Shown: positions 62,421-64,000 of the stretch, piece after piece
Layout of the letters: every line of letters begins with the position of its first letter
How positions within the stretch are numbered: position 1 is the first letter of the stretch
Origin: a virus
Lineage: Duplodnaviria > Heunggongvirae > Uroviricota > Caudoviricetes
DNA length: 64,000 nt
Virus record (IMG/VR): IMGVR_UViG_2684623189_000005
Reading direction: 5' to 3' (one strand)
The notes under the pieces: model-generated
What the model saw: only the letters and a program-made list of their open reading frames with translations
Database searches by the model: none
Told to the model about the DNA's origin: nothing
Program-made: the position numbers and the translations under genes

Positions 62421-62838
62421 TGACGAAGTAACCACTCTTAACAGCATAACCAATTTTTTACGTACGTAAACTACTAAATGATATTTGTGAGAATGCCACC
62501 GAGTGTTCAAAACACCACCACAAATGCATAAGAAAACTTCAACAAATAACCAGTTAATAATTTCCGATGTTATTTTTAGTTTGTTTAAATTAAGCTAAAG
62601 AATTATAGAGCACTTATAAATAAGTGCCATTAATATAAATTAGCTAATAGATTTATTTTTGTTCAGACAAGAGCCATGAATAGGATTAGATAGAAAAGGT
62701 TCAGATAAAAATAGAGATCTACTTCACAAATTAAATGAGAAACTAAAACTTACATCTTGAAATAATCACATTGATTAGATGAATATTTATCGCGCAGTGA
62801 CATCATTTTTTAATAATAGTTCAAAAAAAGGGCGTACA
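62421..62838. promoter_or_regulatory. AT-rich divergent regulatory region (late promoter/antitermination side and porin promoter side)
   Basis: ~420 bp non-coding AT-rich DNA between the porin (+) and lysis operon (-). Confidence 0.4.
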
Positions 62839-63921
62839 ATGAAAAAATTAACAGTGGCAATTTCTGCTGTAGCTGCATCAGTACTGATGGCGATGTCTGC
62901 TCAGGCAGCTGAAATTTATAATAAAGACAGTAACAAGCTGGATCTATACGGGAAAGTTAATGCCAAGCACTACTTCTCCTCTAATGATGCAGATGATGGT
63001 GATACTACTTATGCCCGTCTTGGCTTCAAAGGTGAAACCCAAATCAACGATCAACTGACTGGTTTCGGTCAGTGGGAATATGAATTCAAAGGCAACCGTG
63101 CTGAATCTCAAGGTTCTTCCAAAGACAAAACCCGTCTTGCATTTGCAGGCCTGAAATTTGGTGATTACGGCTCAATCGATTACGGCCGTAACTACGGTGT
63201 AGCATACGACATCGGTGCGTGGACTGACGTTCTGCCAGAATTCGGTGGTGATACCTGGACCCAAACAGATGTGTTCATGACTGGTCGCACTACTGGTGTT
63301 GCAACTTATCGTAACAACGACTTCTTTGGTCTGGTCGATGGCCTGAACTTTGCTGCTCAGTATCAGGGTAAAAATGACCGCACTGACGTAACTGAAGCCA
63401 ATGGTGATGGTTTCGGTTTCTCCACTACTTATGAGTATGAAGGATTCGGCGTGGGTGCAACCTATGCTAAATCAGATCGCACTGACGGTCAGGTCGCCTA
63501 TGGTAAGAGCAAATTCAATGCCTCCGGCAAAAATGCGGAAGTATGGGCTGCAGGCCTGAAATATGATGCGAACAATATCTATCTGGCTACCACATATTCT
63601 GAAACTCAGAATATGACCGTTTTTGGTAATAACCATATTGCAAACAAAGCACAAAACTTTGAAGCAGTAGCACAATATCAGTTTGACTTCGGTCTGCGTC
63701 CATCTGTTGCTTACCTTCAGTCAAAAGGTAAAGACCTTGGTGTTCATGGTGACCGAGACTTAGTCAAGTATGTCGATGTCGGTGCTACTTACTACTTTAA
63801 TAAAAACATGTCCACTTTTGTTGATTACAAAATCAACTTAATTGACGATAGTAAGTTTACCAAAACAGCTGGTATTGATACCGACGACATCGTCGCTGTA
63901 GGTCTGGTTTATCAGTTCTAA
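62839..63921 (+). CDS. nmpC: phage-encoded general porin (NmpC/Lc/OmpC family)
   Basis: Signal peptide [23 protein letters not shown], ends ...VAVGLVYQF; beta-barrel porin signature throughout. Confidence 0.85.
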   Translation: MKKLTVAISAVAASVLMAMSAQAAEIYNKDSNKLDLYGKVNAKHYFSSNDADDGDTTYARLGFKGETQINDQLTGFGQWEYEFKGNRAESQGSSKDKTRLAFAGLKFGDYGSIDYGRNYGVAYDIGAWTDVLPEFGGDTWTQTDVFMTGRTTGVATYRNNDFFGLVDGLNFAAQYQGKNDRTDVTEANGDGFGFSTTYEYEGFGVGATYAKSDRTDGQVAYGKSKFNASGKNAEVWAAGLKYDANNIYLATTYSETQNMTVFGNNHIANKAQNFEAVAQYQFDFGLRPSVAYLQSKGKDLGVHGDRDLVKYVDVGATYYFNKNMSTFVDYKINLIDDSKFTKTAGIDTDDIVAVGLVYQF

Positions 63922-63942
63922 TCTGACTTACGAAAAAGATAT

Positions 63943-63968
63943 GTTGCGGGAGGCTTTGCCTCCGCAAC
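63943..63968. terminator. GC-rich hairpin downstream of the porin gene
   Basis: GTTGCGGGAGGC-TTT-GCCTCCGCAAC; T-run present only on the minus-strand side. Confidence 0.4.
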
Positions 63969-64000
63969 ATATAAGTGGAGCCCTCAAGCCACTTCCTTTA

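Overview
This window holds two nested prophages from an enterobacterial (Escherichia/Shigella-like) genome. (1) A lambda-like prophage on the minus strand runs from an NmpC/Lc-type porin and a phage-21-type lysis cassette (pinholin, SAR endolysin, Rz/Rz1, bor) through cosN, Nu1-A-W-B-C-D-E-FI-FII-Z-U-V-G/GT-H-M-L-K-I-J, to a side tail fibre gene at the left edge. (2) A ~37.2 kb Mu-like transposable prophage (3079..40289) is inserted inside gene J of that lambdoid prophage. It has TG...CA ends, imperfect terminal inverted repeats and a 5-6 bp target duplication; joining the two J fragments restores one in-frame gene. The Mu-like element is organised divergently from a central region: the early operon (Ner-like, transposase, MuB-like ATPase, Gam, GemA-like, Mor) reads rightward to one end, and the late operon (lysis, head, contractile tail, baseplate, tail fibre, gin invertase) reads leftward to the other. 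The most interesting locus is the central island (29181..31811): the prophage repressor appears translationally coupled to a bitopic membrane protein, followed by a glycine-zipper membrane protein and faced by an orphan small P-loop NTPase. I propose it as a candidate lysogen-expressed exclusion/abortive-infection module, but this is inference only. Also notable is a three-site Gin inversion switch with promoterless alternative tail-fibre tips. No rRNA, tRNA or CRISPR array was found. All calls rest on reading the six-frame translations against remembered family signatures; no database search was run, and start codons are approximate. Coordinates include the stop codon, as in the ORF track.
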